DNA of 64,000 nt from the human T2T-CHM13v2.0 reference genome, Homo sapiens (GCF_009914755.1 NC_060927.1); one strand, 5' to 3'. Positions 28,734-42,134 are shown, counted from the first letter of the stretch. Numbers and translations are program-made. The notes: a model not told the origin generated them from the letters alone.

Positions 28734-28739
28734 TCTATC

Positions 28740-29255
28740 CCCTTGATTATCAAAATTCTCCTTTGCTGAGGTTACTCAGTGATCACTCACATTGGATACA
28801 AGTATCTTCACAGTTTTTGACCACTCAGAGAGGTCCATCCACATACTTCTTCCTCAAATTTCTTTGTCACCAATTTTCCAATTATGCTTCTTCCAAGTCT
28901 CTGATCGTCCAGCCAAATCATTGGCTACAGCCCATGAAACAGTATATAATTGCATATCTGGCCATTTCTTCTTCCATGCAAAGTGCACCACTAGGTGCAC
29001 TCCTCAAAGTTCTGCCCACTGGGAAGATTTCCCTTCACTGCTGTCCTTCAGGGATGTTCTAGAAAGGGGCTGTAGTGCTGCAGCTGTCCACTTTCGGGTG
29101 GTGTCTGCATATTGTGCAGAACCATCTGTGAACCAGGTCCTAGTCTTCTCTTCCTCTGTCAGCTGATCATAGGGAACTCCCCATGAGGCCATCAGTGCAG
29201 GTTGGGGGAGAGAAGGCAGGGTGGCAAGAGTGGAGACCATGGGCATTTGAGCCAC
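28740..29255 (-). pseudogene. HERV-L RNase H
   Basis: 'WFTDGSA' and 'SSQWAEL'. Confidence 0.85.
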
Positions 29256-29499
29256 TTCCTCGTGTAACTTACTTGTGCCTTCAGGACCTGCTTGAGCCCA
29301 ATCACATATATACCACTTTCATTTGGTGATGGAATGCTGCTGTGCATGACCCACTTTATGGCTAGATGGGTCCGAAAGCATGCAGTTCATTATAGGTAGT
29401 TCAGGTCGCGTGGTGACTTGATAACCCATAGTCAAATGTTCATTTTCTACCAAACCCCAGTAACAGTCCAAAAGCTGTCTCTCAAAAGGAGAGTAGTTA

Positions 29500-30450
29500 T
29501 CTGCAGAAGATGGCAGGGGCTTGCTCCATAATTCTAGAGCCCTCCACTGTGACTAATCAATGGGGGCCTACCAAAAACTCCAAATGGCATCCCTATCTGC
29601 CACTGACACCTCAAGCATCATTGGATCTGCTGGGTCATACGGCCCAAGTGGCAGAGCGGCTTGCACAGCAGCCTGGACCTGTTGCAGAGCCTTCTTCTGT
29701 TTTGGACTCCACTCAAAGCTGGTAGCCTTTCGGGTTACTAGATAAATGGGTCAGAGTAACACAACCAAATGAGAAATGTGTTGCCTCCAAAATCCAGATA
29801 GGTCCACCAGGCATTGTGCCTTTTTTTTGGTTACAGGAGGGGCCAAATGCAGCAACTTATTCTTCACTGCAGAAGGAATATCTCGACAAGCCCCACACGA
29901 TTTGACCCCTAGAAATTTTACTGAGGTAGAAGGTCCCTGAATTTTAGTTGGATTTATTTCCCATCCTCTGGCATGCAAATGCCTCATAAATAAGTTCAGT
30001 GTGTCTTCTACTTCTTCCTCACTGGATCCAATCAGCATAATGTCATCAATGTAATGGACCAGTGTGATATCTTGTGGAAGGGAAAAGTGATCAAGGTCTT
30101 TCCAAATAAGATTATGACACAAAGCCTGAGAGTTGATATACCCCTGGGGTAGGAGAGTAAAGGTATATTGCTGGTCTTGCCAGCTGAAGGCAAATTGCTT
30201 CTGGTGGGCCTTATGGACAGGAATGGAGAAAAAGACATTTGCCAAGTCAAGGGCTGCATAACAGGTACTAGGAGATGTGTTAATTTACTCAAGCAATGAA
30301 ACCACATCTTGTACAGAAGCTGCAATTGGAGTCACCACTTGGTTAAGCTTAATCCACTGTCATTCTTTAAGATCCATCTGTCTTCTGCACAGGCCAAATA
30401 GGAGAGTTGAATGGGGATGTGGTGGGAATAACCACTCCTGCATCTTTTAA
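29500..30450 (-). pseudogene. HERV-L reverse transcriptase, disrupted
   Basis: 'FFSIPV', 'QFAF', 'LPQGY', 'HYIDD'. Confidence 0.92.
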
Positions 30451-30479
30451 GTCCTCGAGGCATGCAATATTGTTTTTGA

Positions 30480-30850
30480 TTCACTATTTTTCTATGTAGA
30501 GGCAGCTCTAATGGCTTCCATTTGGCCTTTCCCACCATAATAGCCCTCACCTTGCCAGTCAGAGAGCTAATGTTGGGGTTCTGCCAGCTGCTAAGTATGT
30601 CTATGCTGATTATGCATTCTGGCACTGGGGAAATGACCACAGAATGAGTCTGGGGACCCCCTGGACCCACTGTAAGTCGGACCTGAGCTAAAACTCTATT
30701 AATTACCTAACCTCCATAAGCACCTACTTTAACTGGAGGGCCACAATGACATTTTAGGTACCCTGGAATCAACATCAGCTCAGAGCCAGCATCCAGTAGT
30801 CCCCAAAATGTCTGATCATTTTCCTTTCCCCATTGTTCAGTTACCCTGGT
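30480..30850 (-). pseudogene. HERV-L protease remnant
   Basis: Manual translation of 30762-30802 (-) gives GLLDAGSELMLIP, so the catalytic DTG reads DAG. Confidence 0.75.
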
Positions 30851-30954
30851 AAAAAAGGCTGGAGGTTTCCTTGGGGAAGGAAGGGAAAAAGATTAACAGC
30901 ATAAATTGTCAGTAGTTTAGTGGGGTCCTTCTTCAAGGGGACCCAGTCTCCCCT

Positions 30955-32670
30955 TCACTCAAGGCATTCTGGGTCTGTACACTGGCTCAAGTCTGGAAAT
31001 TGATTGAGGGGCCATAGTTCTCTGTTTTTATAATTCAAATTAGTCTCTTGTCCATTGGACCTAGGAGTTTTCTGCTTATATAAATTAAGTAGGAATGCAG
31101 TAGGCTTCCTATCAATTTCATTTCTAGGAAGACCATGATTAATTAGCCAATGCCAGAGCTCTACATGAGTCAGACTATCCTGATTGCCACTTTGCCTCTG
31201 CTGTCCATTACAGTAGCTACACCCACCTTGCCTTTCATGGGTGAGTGCTACCACTTGGCCTCTGCCACCTTAGGATCCAATTATTCCCATTGTGTTTAAA
31301 TTTTGTAGTTGAGTGACTGTGGTTCTCACTGTTAGATCTGAAATACAGAGAAGAGCAGTTACAGGGCTCTTCAGAGATACAGAGGCTGCCCTCACAAATC
31401 TATTCTCAAGATATTGGTCAAGGATATATCTTCTGGACCCTTCCAGCTGGGATGAGTAGGTCTAAAGTGACTAATCCATTTCACCATCCCAATCTCCCTA
31501 AGCCTTTTGATCCTTTCCTCCACATTAAACCAAGGGAGATCAGGCATTTCCATCTCGCTTACAGTGGGACATCTTTTAATCCATTTTCAGCTAACCAAGC
31601 AAATAAATTATTAGAACCTTTTTTAACTCCCCGAGCTGCAACATTAAATGCAGAGTCCATACTTAATGGGGCCAAATCAATAAATTCGGCCTGATCCAAC
31701 TCTATTTCCTTCCACCATTATCTCACACCCTTAATATCCATTCCCATGCCTGTTCTCTAGATTTCTGTTTATATGAATTAGAAAATTCAAGCAGTTCTTT
31801 TTGAGTGTAGTGCACCTCCTCATGGATCACACTCTGAACCTCACCTCTAGGGGCCTGCTGGCACTTCAGTCATAGGTCTAGAAGCAAACAGAGGTGTCGT
31901 TTGCTGAGGAGAATCACCATTATCTTTCCAGGCAACCGCCTCAGGCGAGGCAATCACTGCTGCCTCAGGCACCACAGGGTTTATCTCTTTAGACAAAGGT
32001 GGAAGGCTAAATGGCAGCATGGGTTGCGGAGGGGATGTTGCCATTACTGGGAATAGGGAAGCTGTTTCTTCTGGAAAGAAAGGTTCAACAGAGTTTACAA
32101 GCTCAGTGTCTCCAGCTCCATCAGGGTCCTCCCAAACATCCCTATTCCAAGTTGCAGGGTCCCATTCTTTTTCAGTTAATGCTGTCACTTTAACAGTAGA
32201 CACCTGGTGAAGCTGTGCATGCACCTTTTGTTGCAGGTCAGCCACTCACATGATAAGAGCTTGTGTCTGATTTTCCACAATTTCAGCCCTTTTTCTGCAG
32301 GAGATAAGACTCTGACTCAGGGCAGTCTCAGAAGATTTGAGGCTCAGTCTCTGCTTCTGAACCTGGGAGTTAGAATCCCTGAGTTCATCATTTTCTTTCA
32401 TCACTTTGTCCAGTGAACTTAGGAGCAGCCAACCAGCTTTGTTTTGTTACTTAGTTCTCCACATATGGTCAAAGGTATTATGTATAGAGTCAGTAAACTC
32501 CTTGCCTCTCATGAGAGGTGAGTCAGGAGTGTCAAATGCATTTATTTTGCATAACTCTCTAAAACAGTTCATGCCAGGGACTGTCAGTGTTCTCTATACT
32601 ATTAGAAGTAGAGTCCTTAGCATTTTGGTGTCTGATCATATTAAGCAGCCAACTCCAGAAACCCCTAAAT
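30955..32670 (-). pseudogene. HERV-L gag remnant
   Basis: 'VSTVKV...KEWDPATW...DVWEDPD' and 'LWHWLINHGLPRNEIDRKPT'. Confidence 0.85.
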
Positions 32671-32710
32671 CAACTACAGAACTCCATCCTTAATATTCTG
32701 TTCTCTCTAG

Positions 32711-32727
32711 AACCACTCCTGGTACCA
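32711..32727 (-). promoter_or_regulatory. Primer-binding site (tRNA-Leu type)
   Basis: TGGTACCAGGAGTGGTT on -, just inside the 5' LTR. Confidence 0.75.
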
Positions 32728-32732
32728 AAACC

Positions 32733-33141
32733 TCTATTTTTCAGGGTTCTCTAGGGGGACAGACTAATAGGATATGTGTGTGTGTGAGTGTGTGTGTGTG
32801 TGTGTGTGTGTATTATATTTATATAAAGGGGAGTTTATTAAGAAGTATTAACTCACACTATCACAAGGTCCCACAGTAGGACATTTGGAGAAATGTCTCC
32901 TAGCATGGGAGAAAGATGTAGGCTGGGAGTCTAAGCCAGTCTAGCCTTTTCACGTTTTTCTGCTTGCTTTATATTCACTGGCAGTTGATTAGATGGTGCC
33001 CACCCAGATTAAGGATGGGTCTGCTTTCTTCAGCCCACTGACTCAAATGTTAATCTTCTTTGGCAACACCCTCACAGACACACTTAGGATCAATACTTTG
33101 CATCCTTCAGTCCAATCAAGTTGACACTATTAACCATCACA
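32733..33141 (-). repeat. 5' LTR (MLT2A-type) with (TG)n tract and internal deletion
   Basis: Homologous to 26707-27127; ends 'taaccatcaca'. Confidence 0.93.
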
Positions 33142-34131
33142 ATCCCTTTTAAAACCCCAATAAAAGGACAGTAAAGTGATTTTTTAAAGCCACACATCTA
33201 CAATGGCAAGAAAAACAATATAAGAGATAACAACATAGTAGCTAGATGAAAGTTAAACGTCAACAGACTGAATGAAGTTGAAATCTAAACTGGGTAAGGA
33301 GTGAAGCCCAGTGGCAAAGCAGCTTAGACCACATGGAGACATGAAGCATCTTTGAAACTGGGAATGCAAGTAGGACTGAAAAGCAGGAATATTATTATTA
33401 GAAAAGCTATTGAAGAAACAGATTCCCAGATTTCCTCCTTCGGCCCTGAATCTAAGGTACCTACTCCTCCCTTCCCCTCAGTGAAGGCAGGTAGATTTTC
33501 TGGAGAGATGAGATCAATGAAATTCTGGGTTTAAGCACCTGCCCTGTAAATTTCCGGGTGGAGGGAGGAAGGTGGGATGGGTGTGTGAGTGGGGGTGGGG
33601 ACCAGAGACTGGTAAATGTTTTAAAAATATTTTTTAAACCTTGTAGAATTGTTTGATTACTTTAACACATAAAGAAGTGTAGAAAAGTTTAAAAGAGAAA
33701 TTTCCTCTCTTCTTACTGCTTGACAATTAGGAAATTTTCTCAGGCCCTGACACAGAATCATTTTATTTTGGGTACATATGGATAGATATTACAATGTAAT
33801 TTTTATCTGTGTATTACTTCAGTATTCTGGAGTAAATGAAAAGATTAGTATAACAAAAATAATATACATAAAGCAATTTTTTTCTTCTTGCTATTTCATT
33901 TTTTTACCATTTTCTTCAAAAGATATCAAAATAAGCCAAATTCAATTTATTGCAAACACTTTTCTGGTTTTAGGTGTCAAAGTCTTATAATAAAATTAGG
34001 GCTTTTAACTTTCATCCTATCTCTGGTTCAACTTCCTGCTAACCTTAATGACTGATCCTCAATTTTCTGTCAAACGTAAAGAAGATTTGCATCTTATTCA
34101 GTCAAACATGTAACAGTGTTGACTAAGGGCC

Positions 34132-34531
34132 TGTATTAGTCTGTTTGCATTGCCCTAAAGGAATACCTGAAACTGAGCAATTCATAAAGAAAAGAGGTTT
34201 ATTTGGCTCATGGTTCTGTAGGCTGTACGGGCATGGCACCAGCATCTGCTTGGCTTTTGGTGAGGCTTCAGGGAGCTGTTATTCATGGCAGAAGGCAAAG
34301 GGAGGGTAGACATGTCACATGGCAAAAGAGGAAGCAAGAGAGACAGAGGGAAGTCCCAGTCTCTTTGTAACAACCATATCTTGCATTAATTCATTACTGC
34401 AGGGAGGGCACAAAGCCCTTCACGAGAGATCCATCTCCATGATCCAAACACCTCCCACTAGGACCCACCTCCAACATGAGGATCACATTTCAACATGAGA
34501 TTTGGAAGGAACAAATATCCAAACCATATCA
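34132..34531 (-). mobile_element. MSTB-like MaLR solo LTR
   Basis: tgtattagtctgtt...caaaccatatca; perfect TSD gggcc. Confidence 0.9.
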
Positions 34532-35459
34532 GGGCCCAACAATGAGCTTAGCAGTGAGTGGGACTCTATCTCTGCAAATGATGGCATCTTTTCTTGGTGA
34601 CACTGGGACTACATATAAAGCATTTTCTTATTACCAAGGTGTTTCTTATGTCTGAAACACACCACAGGTATTAATCATATGACTAAAAATAACCTGATAA
34701 TTTTATTAATCCAAAATTTTTCCTTCCAAATGACTGTTACTGTTTCAAAGTATTCAGGTTGGAAAAATAGATACTAAATAGAGCAACATGTTTTAGAATT
34801 CTTCCTTTGACTTTCCTTTGGAACATGAAACATGGTTTTTATCCCTACCTTTGGAATAGATCAAGATCATTTGAAATCATGTTCAGTAAATAAGTTAGAT
34901 AAGAAAGTCAATAAATTCCATTTTGAGAAATAAAGTCAAGGAGGGTCAATGTAGTTTGTGACTGCTGAACAATTCCAACAGGAGCAAAAATTTCTTTCTA
35001 GGTAACTATTTTGAAAGAGATTACCCATTGAATATATAGATTTTAACAGCTAAAACAGCTCATAGCTAAACACTCACATAATTTATACCTTACAGCTGAA
35101 TTGCATTTTAATTTAATGCTTTTTTTAATGTGTATTTCTAGCCATAGCAGCTTCATTTATCTCAATTTGTCAACAACTATGAGGTTATTTTGTAAATTTA
35201 GTGTAGTATCATAATAAATCAGGTAATTAAAATACTTTTTTGTTGTAGATGATGAATTTAATAATGGAGATAATGTACATGCATTCAGAGATTATTGGAG
35301 TTCAGCAGTAAGCAAAAACCCAACATATCTTCATAATATGGAGACAAGAGCACCGTTAGAGTTCTGGAGATTACAGCAATGATGGGGTTGTTGGAGAGGT
35401 AGTTATAAAGCAGGAAGTTGATAAGGATTTATAAAATCGTGGAATGTGGGTCTTTCAGA

Positions 35460-35570
35460 TGTTTTAGTGAAATTCCTTCATTTTACAGAAAACTAAACTG
35501 AGGCTCAGAAAGGTGATATTTCTAAAACAAATGGAAGAGTGGGATTCAAATTCCAGGATTTGGGGCTTAA
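35460..35570. mobile_element. MIR SINE fragment
   Basis: 'cattttacag...aaactgaggctcagaaagg'. Confidence 0.6.
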
Positions 35571-37817
35571 TGATTGCAGCTTTCTTTTATTTCTTTATGG
35601 TCTCTTCCTGTTCCAAACTTCAGGCTATCTTTGAGGTAGGCAGTCTGTCTCTAATGCTCTCTTCCTAACTTCTCATCTCTCTTCTGTTTTATCCTTCCTT
35701 CTCCAAGCCTCTGTGCTAAAATTTCCCCTTCAAATTTATTTTGTCTAAACTCCAAGTTATTTTATATTAAAGGGGAAGATTCTGAAGACCTCCAACCTAT
35801 ACTGGCATAAACCTGCCATAGAACGAGGTAAAAAAAGCTAAGAGCTACTTGTTTTCACACTAACCTCTATCCAAGACACCTCTACCAGAGAAGTTTCTAG
35901 CAATTCATTTTTCGGAAAGAACTTCCCAGTTCCTTGGTATAATGAAACTGTCCTAAAAAATTTAGAAGGTAAGTAATCAGATCGTTTCTCTCCTCCTATC
36001 AGGAGGATTCCTTATGCCATTTGGATCATGGTTTTTTATTGCCTGATTACAGTAATGGGTGGAGAAGTGAACTGGAGGAAGCCCAGCAAACCCACATTAA
36101 TTTCAATATGAGCCTACATGTGGAAGCAAAGGAAAGCTCTTGAAGGCAAGAGGAGGGAAGCCAGACAAAGAAGATGCAGAAGTTAAGCTAAGAGAGTTTG
36201 GAAGAATTTTGAGGTGTGGGTAAAAAAGTTTTAACAGCTACGTCCCAGAGTAAATATTCAGAGACGCAGATATGGGTAGAGGAGATATTAAGTTTCTTTG
36301 TGTGAATCATTATTAGATGTAATTCTCCTTTTTTTTTTACTTCTCCAAAAGACTTCTGTATAGGTATAGGGCTTTTCAAATCTTTGGGAAGTTGGCTTTT
36401 TGTTTCATCGGGTGCATTACCATGCTGAGATGGGCCTCTCAGTTGGAGCCAAAAGGCCCAGTTTCATCTGGAAAATATAACTGTATATTTTTGATGCACT
36501 CCCTGTTTCCCGTTAAGTGCCTAGCCAAATCTTTCACAATCTGCATTAATAGGAAAAATGGTTGTGTGGCAGGAAGCAAAAGTATGAGCTGGGAATTTAA
36601 TTAATGCTTACAAACACTTGAGAGGAGGAAATGGTGACCAACATGCTAAGTGCTTCTACTGTCTTCTCTATTTTTGAAATGTTACAAATATTAACTATGA
36701 CAAATGAAATCTGTTGACTCACTGGCTGATTAACAAGTCTAGTCCCTGACTTATGAAATTAAATTTTCCAATAGCACTTTTAAGACACTGTAATTAGTGG
36801 CTCATCCCATAATTTGGCTACTGTATTTATGAGATAGGTGAAGACAAGTCCTACATGCACTTACTATACAACTTCTATATGTATCTGGAACAATATTGGA
36901 AATATATAATGAACACTTTTTACCCTTCTTGATATCCTTTTTCTCACTGTAACTCCAAGCCCGCATCATCTCCTGGCCTGGTTTGTGACACTAATCCAGA
37001 TGACTGTTTATATTTCACTGCAGCCTCTATTTTCAATCACAATAAAAACAGAAATGGCAGGATATTAGAGACAAAACTGATAGTGCTAAAAAAATTACAG
37101 TTTAACTTCTCATTTATCAATGTAATTGAAAGTTACTAGCGGGGTGTGTGGTGCCAGTGTTTCTATCAGGGCATGAGTAATCTGTTTATGCAGCATAATT
37201 CATCCTTCTGAGGTTCTAATGAGGACTGCTTAATTCAGGTTTTAATCAAACCTGACAAATTATCGTTGAATTGGCAATGGGCTTGTTCACAGGTGCCATT
37301 TCCCAGCAAGTCTGACATAGCTTAGATTCATCTCCTCCTCCACATGTTCTTTTCAGACATCACAGACAAAATTTAAAAGGTACTGGTTTTACTCACCACC
37401 AAAATGCTAAATGTTTCTGATTTTTTTTTTTTTTTACTGTTTAGTGCCATTAGTAGCAGCTGTTTATATTTGTTACTTTTAAAAATGTGAAATATTGAAA
37501 AACAAAATGATTTTTTTACAAAAATATCTATTCTATTTTACAAAATACATGCGTTCCTGGAGAAGGTTCGTGTTCCAAATCTTGCTCTTATCCAATAATC
37601 CACTTGACTCAGACAAGAGCCATCTGCTAATGACTAGTAGGGGATGATGCACCAGCTCAGATACACTTAGCAGCTCCACAACGTGAAAGCTAACATCTTA
37701 TTTCAAAAACAAAATCAGTCTCTTTCCAGCAGAGAGTACACAAGAGATGAGAGATTCATAATACATAGAGTGTTGTCGTCAATGACTGCCTGGAACCAGT
37801 GTAAAGTAAATTTATCT

Positions 37818-38178
37818 GGGTGGTAAAGGAATTTTACCAAGATAGATGTGGGGAAAGAAAGGCAGATTTATTAGAGAAAAGTGAGAGATACATTGCAAGA
37901 GAGCAATGGGCAATATAGCAGAAGGAAGGCTGTCTGCAAAGAGGCAGGGGCTGGAGGGAAGTTTTAAAAGGTCATGCTGCTTGGGCTGAATGCCTGCAAA
38001 CAAGATGCTTGGGTGCAGGTGGGCCATGAACTGAATGCTTGCAACAGGATGCTTGGGTGCTAGTGAGCCATTTGCGGGTGACCCCATTTCTCAGAACATT
38101 TTCTCTCCTCCACCCCTGTTTCTGTTCCTGTCAGCTAAGCCTATTTTCAATTTTCTTTTAACTCCTTAGGGCTCCATA
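37818..38178 (-). mobile_element. ERV solo LTR (probably ERV1 class, family not assigned)
   Basis: AATAAA on - near 37867, LTR-like composition, and an internal imperfect repeat 'gaatgc.tgcaa(a)ca.gatgcttgggtgc' present twice. Confidence 0.55.
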
Positions 38179-38469
38179 AAATGGTGGTTTAATGTATGGA
38201 TTTTAATATACGCAAAGATGAATGACAGGGCCTGTAATCTTCACCACTACCATGTGATACGGGAAAGATGTTTAGTAAGTTAGCTCCATGCCCCAGAATA
38301 GAATTATGACCTCTAAAAAGAGTAAAGTGTACTCTGCTCACTTAATTTGCTCCATAAAAAGTTTCTGTAGAAAGTTAACTCTGTTAGTACATGTAGCCTT
38401 TTGCTTTCCAAATCCCATTCTTTTCTTTTTCCACACAATAAACATACAAAGCAGGTAACACACATAGCA

Positions 38470-38600
38470 GCACCCCATTTTACCATTAAACAAACGAGAG
38501 AGTAATTTATTTGCCCAAGGCCATGCAGTGAAAAGTCACGAAGTCTGACCTCACACCCAGTTTACATGGCTCCAAGACTGTGTTCTTTCCATTGCCGCAC
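38470..38600. mobile_element. MIR SINE fragment
   Basis: 'ccccattttac...ttgcccaaggcca...ggctccaaga'. Confidence 0.55.
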
Positions 38601-39150
38601 AATCTCTCATTGATGTTAGGGGAGATCAGCCTTTGATACAATGCGTGTTGTATCTAATATTATCCTCATCATGATCTAGGAAATAAAACTTTTTATTTAG
38701 ACAGCTTGTAATTCTTTGAGAGGTTACAAATACTGGAAAATTCCTCAGGTCTTATTTCTAATTACAAGACATTTGCCACATATCAAGCCTGTCTTTCATC
38801 ATAAACTATATCAAATGTAGGCACTTTTGACTTATAGGGATACTAAGTCCTAACTGTTTGCATAAAACACATTGCTCTAAAATCTGATGATTTTGTTTCC
38901 CTGCCAAGCATTATAGCAAATCTCTTCTCATTCTTTTGCTGTAACTTGTAGAAATATTTATCTGTGAGGGACCTAACAGAGCTCATAGAATAACATAGCT
39001 ATGGAAAGCAAAAGAAACTGAGGACAGATGAGGTTAAGTATTAATATTTTATTTAAGGATAATCACTAGTCAGTGTTAGAGTCTCTCACTTTTTAGACCA
39101 TCCGAGTTGACAACCATTGCCTCTGTGGATGCATTTAAAGGGTTATTTGT

Positions 39151-39441
39151 GGCCAGACACAGTTGCTCATGCCTGTAATCCCAGCACTTTGGGAGGCCGA
39201 GGTGGGAGGATTGCTTGATCCCAGGAATTTGAGATCAGCCTGGACAACATGGTGAGACCCCATCCCTATTAAAAAAAATAAAGAAATTAGCCAGGTGTGG
39301 CAACACATGCTTGTGGAGGCTGAGGTAGGAGCATCTCTTGAGCACAGGAGTTTGAGGTTGCCATGAATTTTGATTGCTACTGCACTCCAGCCTGAGCAAG
39401 AGTAAGATACTGTCTCAAAAAAAATTTAAAATAAATAAATA
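39151..39441 (+). mobile_element. AluJ
   Basis: Diverged dimeric Alu with a small right-arm deletion. Confidence 0.9.
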
Positions 39442-39442
39442 G

Positions 39443-39750
39443 AGGCCAGCACTGTTGCTTGCACCTGTAAACCTAGCACTTTGGGAGACTGAGATGGGTG
39501 GATCACTTGAGCTCAGGAGTTTGAGACCAGCCTGTGCAACGTGGTGAAAACCCATCTCTACTAAAATTAGAAAAATTAGCTGGGCATGGTAGGGGATGTC
39601 TGTATTCCCAGCTACATGGGAAGCTGAGGTGGGAGAATCACTTCAGCACAGGAGGCAGGGGTTGCAATGAGCTGAGATTGCACCACTGCTCTCCAGTCTG
39701 GGCAATAGAGCGAGATCCTGTTTCAAAAATAATAAATAAGTAAATAAATA
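39443..39750 (+). mobile_element. AluJ/old AluS, in tandem in the tail of the previous Alu
   Basis: Dimeric Alu with (TAAA)n tail. Confidence 0.9.
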
Positions 39751-40199
39751 TTTACCAAAATTCTACTCTAGGCATTACTGAGGTTGTATTCAGAATTGAG
39801 CCACGGAGCTCTTCTGAATGGACTTGCTCCTTGAGCAGTGCTGGTCGAGAATCAGAGTCAGTTGGAGACTAAGCCAGGCTACGGTCTCACCTTCTGCACT
39901 GGCATATCCTTACCTGTTTAGCAGCATCATTTAGTAAAACTCTCTGGTCCTTTTTGTTTTAGGAAAAGTTGACTTCATTTTTATCAAGGTGACAGGTAGG
40001 ATCTTAATAATCTTACTTCTAGACTATCAATACTGGACACAGGAGAAAATCTGAGTTGTTGTAACACTGAATTAACCTATATTTGTACTGTCCTATCACG
40101 AGTCTTCATAGTGAAAAACAGTTTTTTTTTTTTTTTTGCTTGTTTTAGTCTTTTTCCTCTAACTTGGAACAGTAGCAGACTAAGTATACACCTACAAAA

Positions 40200-41150
40200 G
40201 ATCAAGAATATGGGTGGTATCATGAGTCCCACTTACAATTCTGGCTACTAGAAGACACTGAAAAATAACTTCAAAAGGATAAATGATTTCTTAACACAGA
40301 ATTTTCCACCCAGTCAAACTATGATCAGTTTTTGGGTAAAATATTCATTTTTGCAGAGACAAGACTTCAAAATGTTCATCACTCACACAAACTTTATGGA
40401 ATAAAAAGATGATTTGGCGACATAGCTCTGCAACATGAAAAAGGAATGGAAGTCAGCAAAAAGATCTGTTACAGAAACCAAAATGAAACACTAAAACCAA
40501 AGCAGTAGAAATTAAGTACCACCAGAAAAAGTAAAGGAAGTTGGAAATAAAATGAAAAAAGACTCGTTAAACATTATATTTTCAAAGACATTTAAGTGGC
40601 AAAATTTTAATAATATATAAGTTTGGAACAAAAGTGTACTTAGTACATACTTAAAAAACCATTATGTTATTAATATTTGAAAAATAGACTGGCTCTAATA
40701 CATTACAGGAGAAAAATATTTTACAGTAAGAAAAAGTTAATGATACAGTTTTAATTTTTATTAATCTTTATTTTCTTATCATCATAAGGTCAAGGAATAT
40801 AAAGCAAAACTTAAACACAAAAATAAACAAATCAATAATTTTAATGGGGGACTTTAATTCACAGCTCTTGAAAATTTACAGATGAAGGAAATAATAAGTA
40901 AGATAATAGAAGTTGTTTGAATAACACTATTACTATATTCAATATAATAGGTTTGTATATATAATTTTGTACCAACAAACAGAAGATATACAATTTTTAA
41001 ATGTCCATGAAACATTCATAAACATCAAGCATGTTATTATGCTGTAAAGAATATCTGCTAATTCTAAATGAGATAAATTATACAAAACAAATTCTCTAAC
41101 CACAAGCAATAAAATAGACATGAATGAAGAAAGAGGAAATTTTAAAATGA
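40200..41150 (+). mobile_element. Ancient L1M relic (ORF1 end / endonuclease region)
   Basis: 'agaattttccacccagtcaaacta', 'aatgggggactttaa' (GDFN-like), 'ttctctaaccacaa'. Confidence 0.55.
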
Positions 41151-41737
41151 CTATTAGTCCACCATAAAGGTAACCCTGGTTAATATACTTTTACATTTAC
41201 CAGGTAATAAAACTCACCTAACTGAATTACACAATGCAAAAAAAGAAGTCTTCTTCACGTTTGTCTCAATACATGTATGTGTGTGTGTGTATTACTTTAA
41301 TCCTAAAGTAATCACTAAGATTTTATTTATACAAAAAGTAGATTTATCCAGTGCCCTATTGATGGTATTTTTTTTTTCTATTGCAAACAAGGCTGTGATG
41401 ATATTTTTAGATTGGTATTCTGACTGTCATGAGAAAATGCAGAGGGTTAATTTTTAGCAGTCGCATTACTAGATCATTTGTTGTGAGATTTAAGATTTGA
41501 TAGTTACTGCCGAACTCCTCTCTAGAAAGGTGCTTTAACGGTATATGAGAGTGCTGAGTTGTTAGTCTTATTCATGGTGTATATTATCAAGGTTTTCCAA
41601 TTGAAAGCATTTCGATGCTATTTTAATTGAGATTGTATAAAATTTATAGAGGAAACTATGGAGAACTTATATCTCACAATACTGAACATTTCTATCCAGA
41701 AACATGATATATCTTACTTTAATTTTTCTTCCCCTCA

Positions 41738-41870
41738 GGAAAAGTAACTAATGGGTACTAAGTTTAATATCTGGTTGATAAAATAATCGGTACAACACAC
41801 CCCAATGACATAAATTTACTTATGTAACAAACCTACACTTGTACTCTTGAACTTAAAATAAAAGTTAAAA
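41738..41870 (+). mobile_element. L1PA13-16-like 3' terminal fragment within an older antisense L1M relic
   Basis: 'taactaatgggtacta...gaacttaaaataaaagttaaaa'. Confidence 0.75.
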
Positions 41871-42133
41871 CATTTTTCTTCCTTATTTTTAGAGTTTTCT
41901 TAAAGAACCGGCACACTTATTAAATATATTCCCACCTGCGTATGCTTTTAGAAAAATATTTGTATAATTTTGTAATAGATTATTTGCATATATGGTACTA
42001 TTGACTTTATACATAATTTTGTAAGTAGTTGCTTTAGCAAATTTTCTATATTTGTAATATTTTTGTTGTTTCTTTTATTTTTCTACATATGTAATTCCAT
42101 CAATATTTAAAGATCACTTTCTCTTTTTTTGTT

Positions 42134-42134
<1 letters not shown>

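Larger units (their letters stand above)
26707..33141 (-). mobile_element. HERV-L (ERVL) provirus with two MLT2A-type LTRs, decayed
   Basis: Paired LTRs, TSD ctccc/atccc, PBS, PPT, and gag-pro-RT-RNaseH-IN-dUTPase remnants with no env. Confidence 0.95.

Noticed and set aside
27589-30245. Domesticated ERVL-derived gene (dUTPase or pol)
   Set aside because: Multiple frameshifts and stops, with no preferentially preserved long frame.
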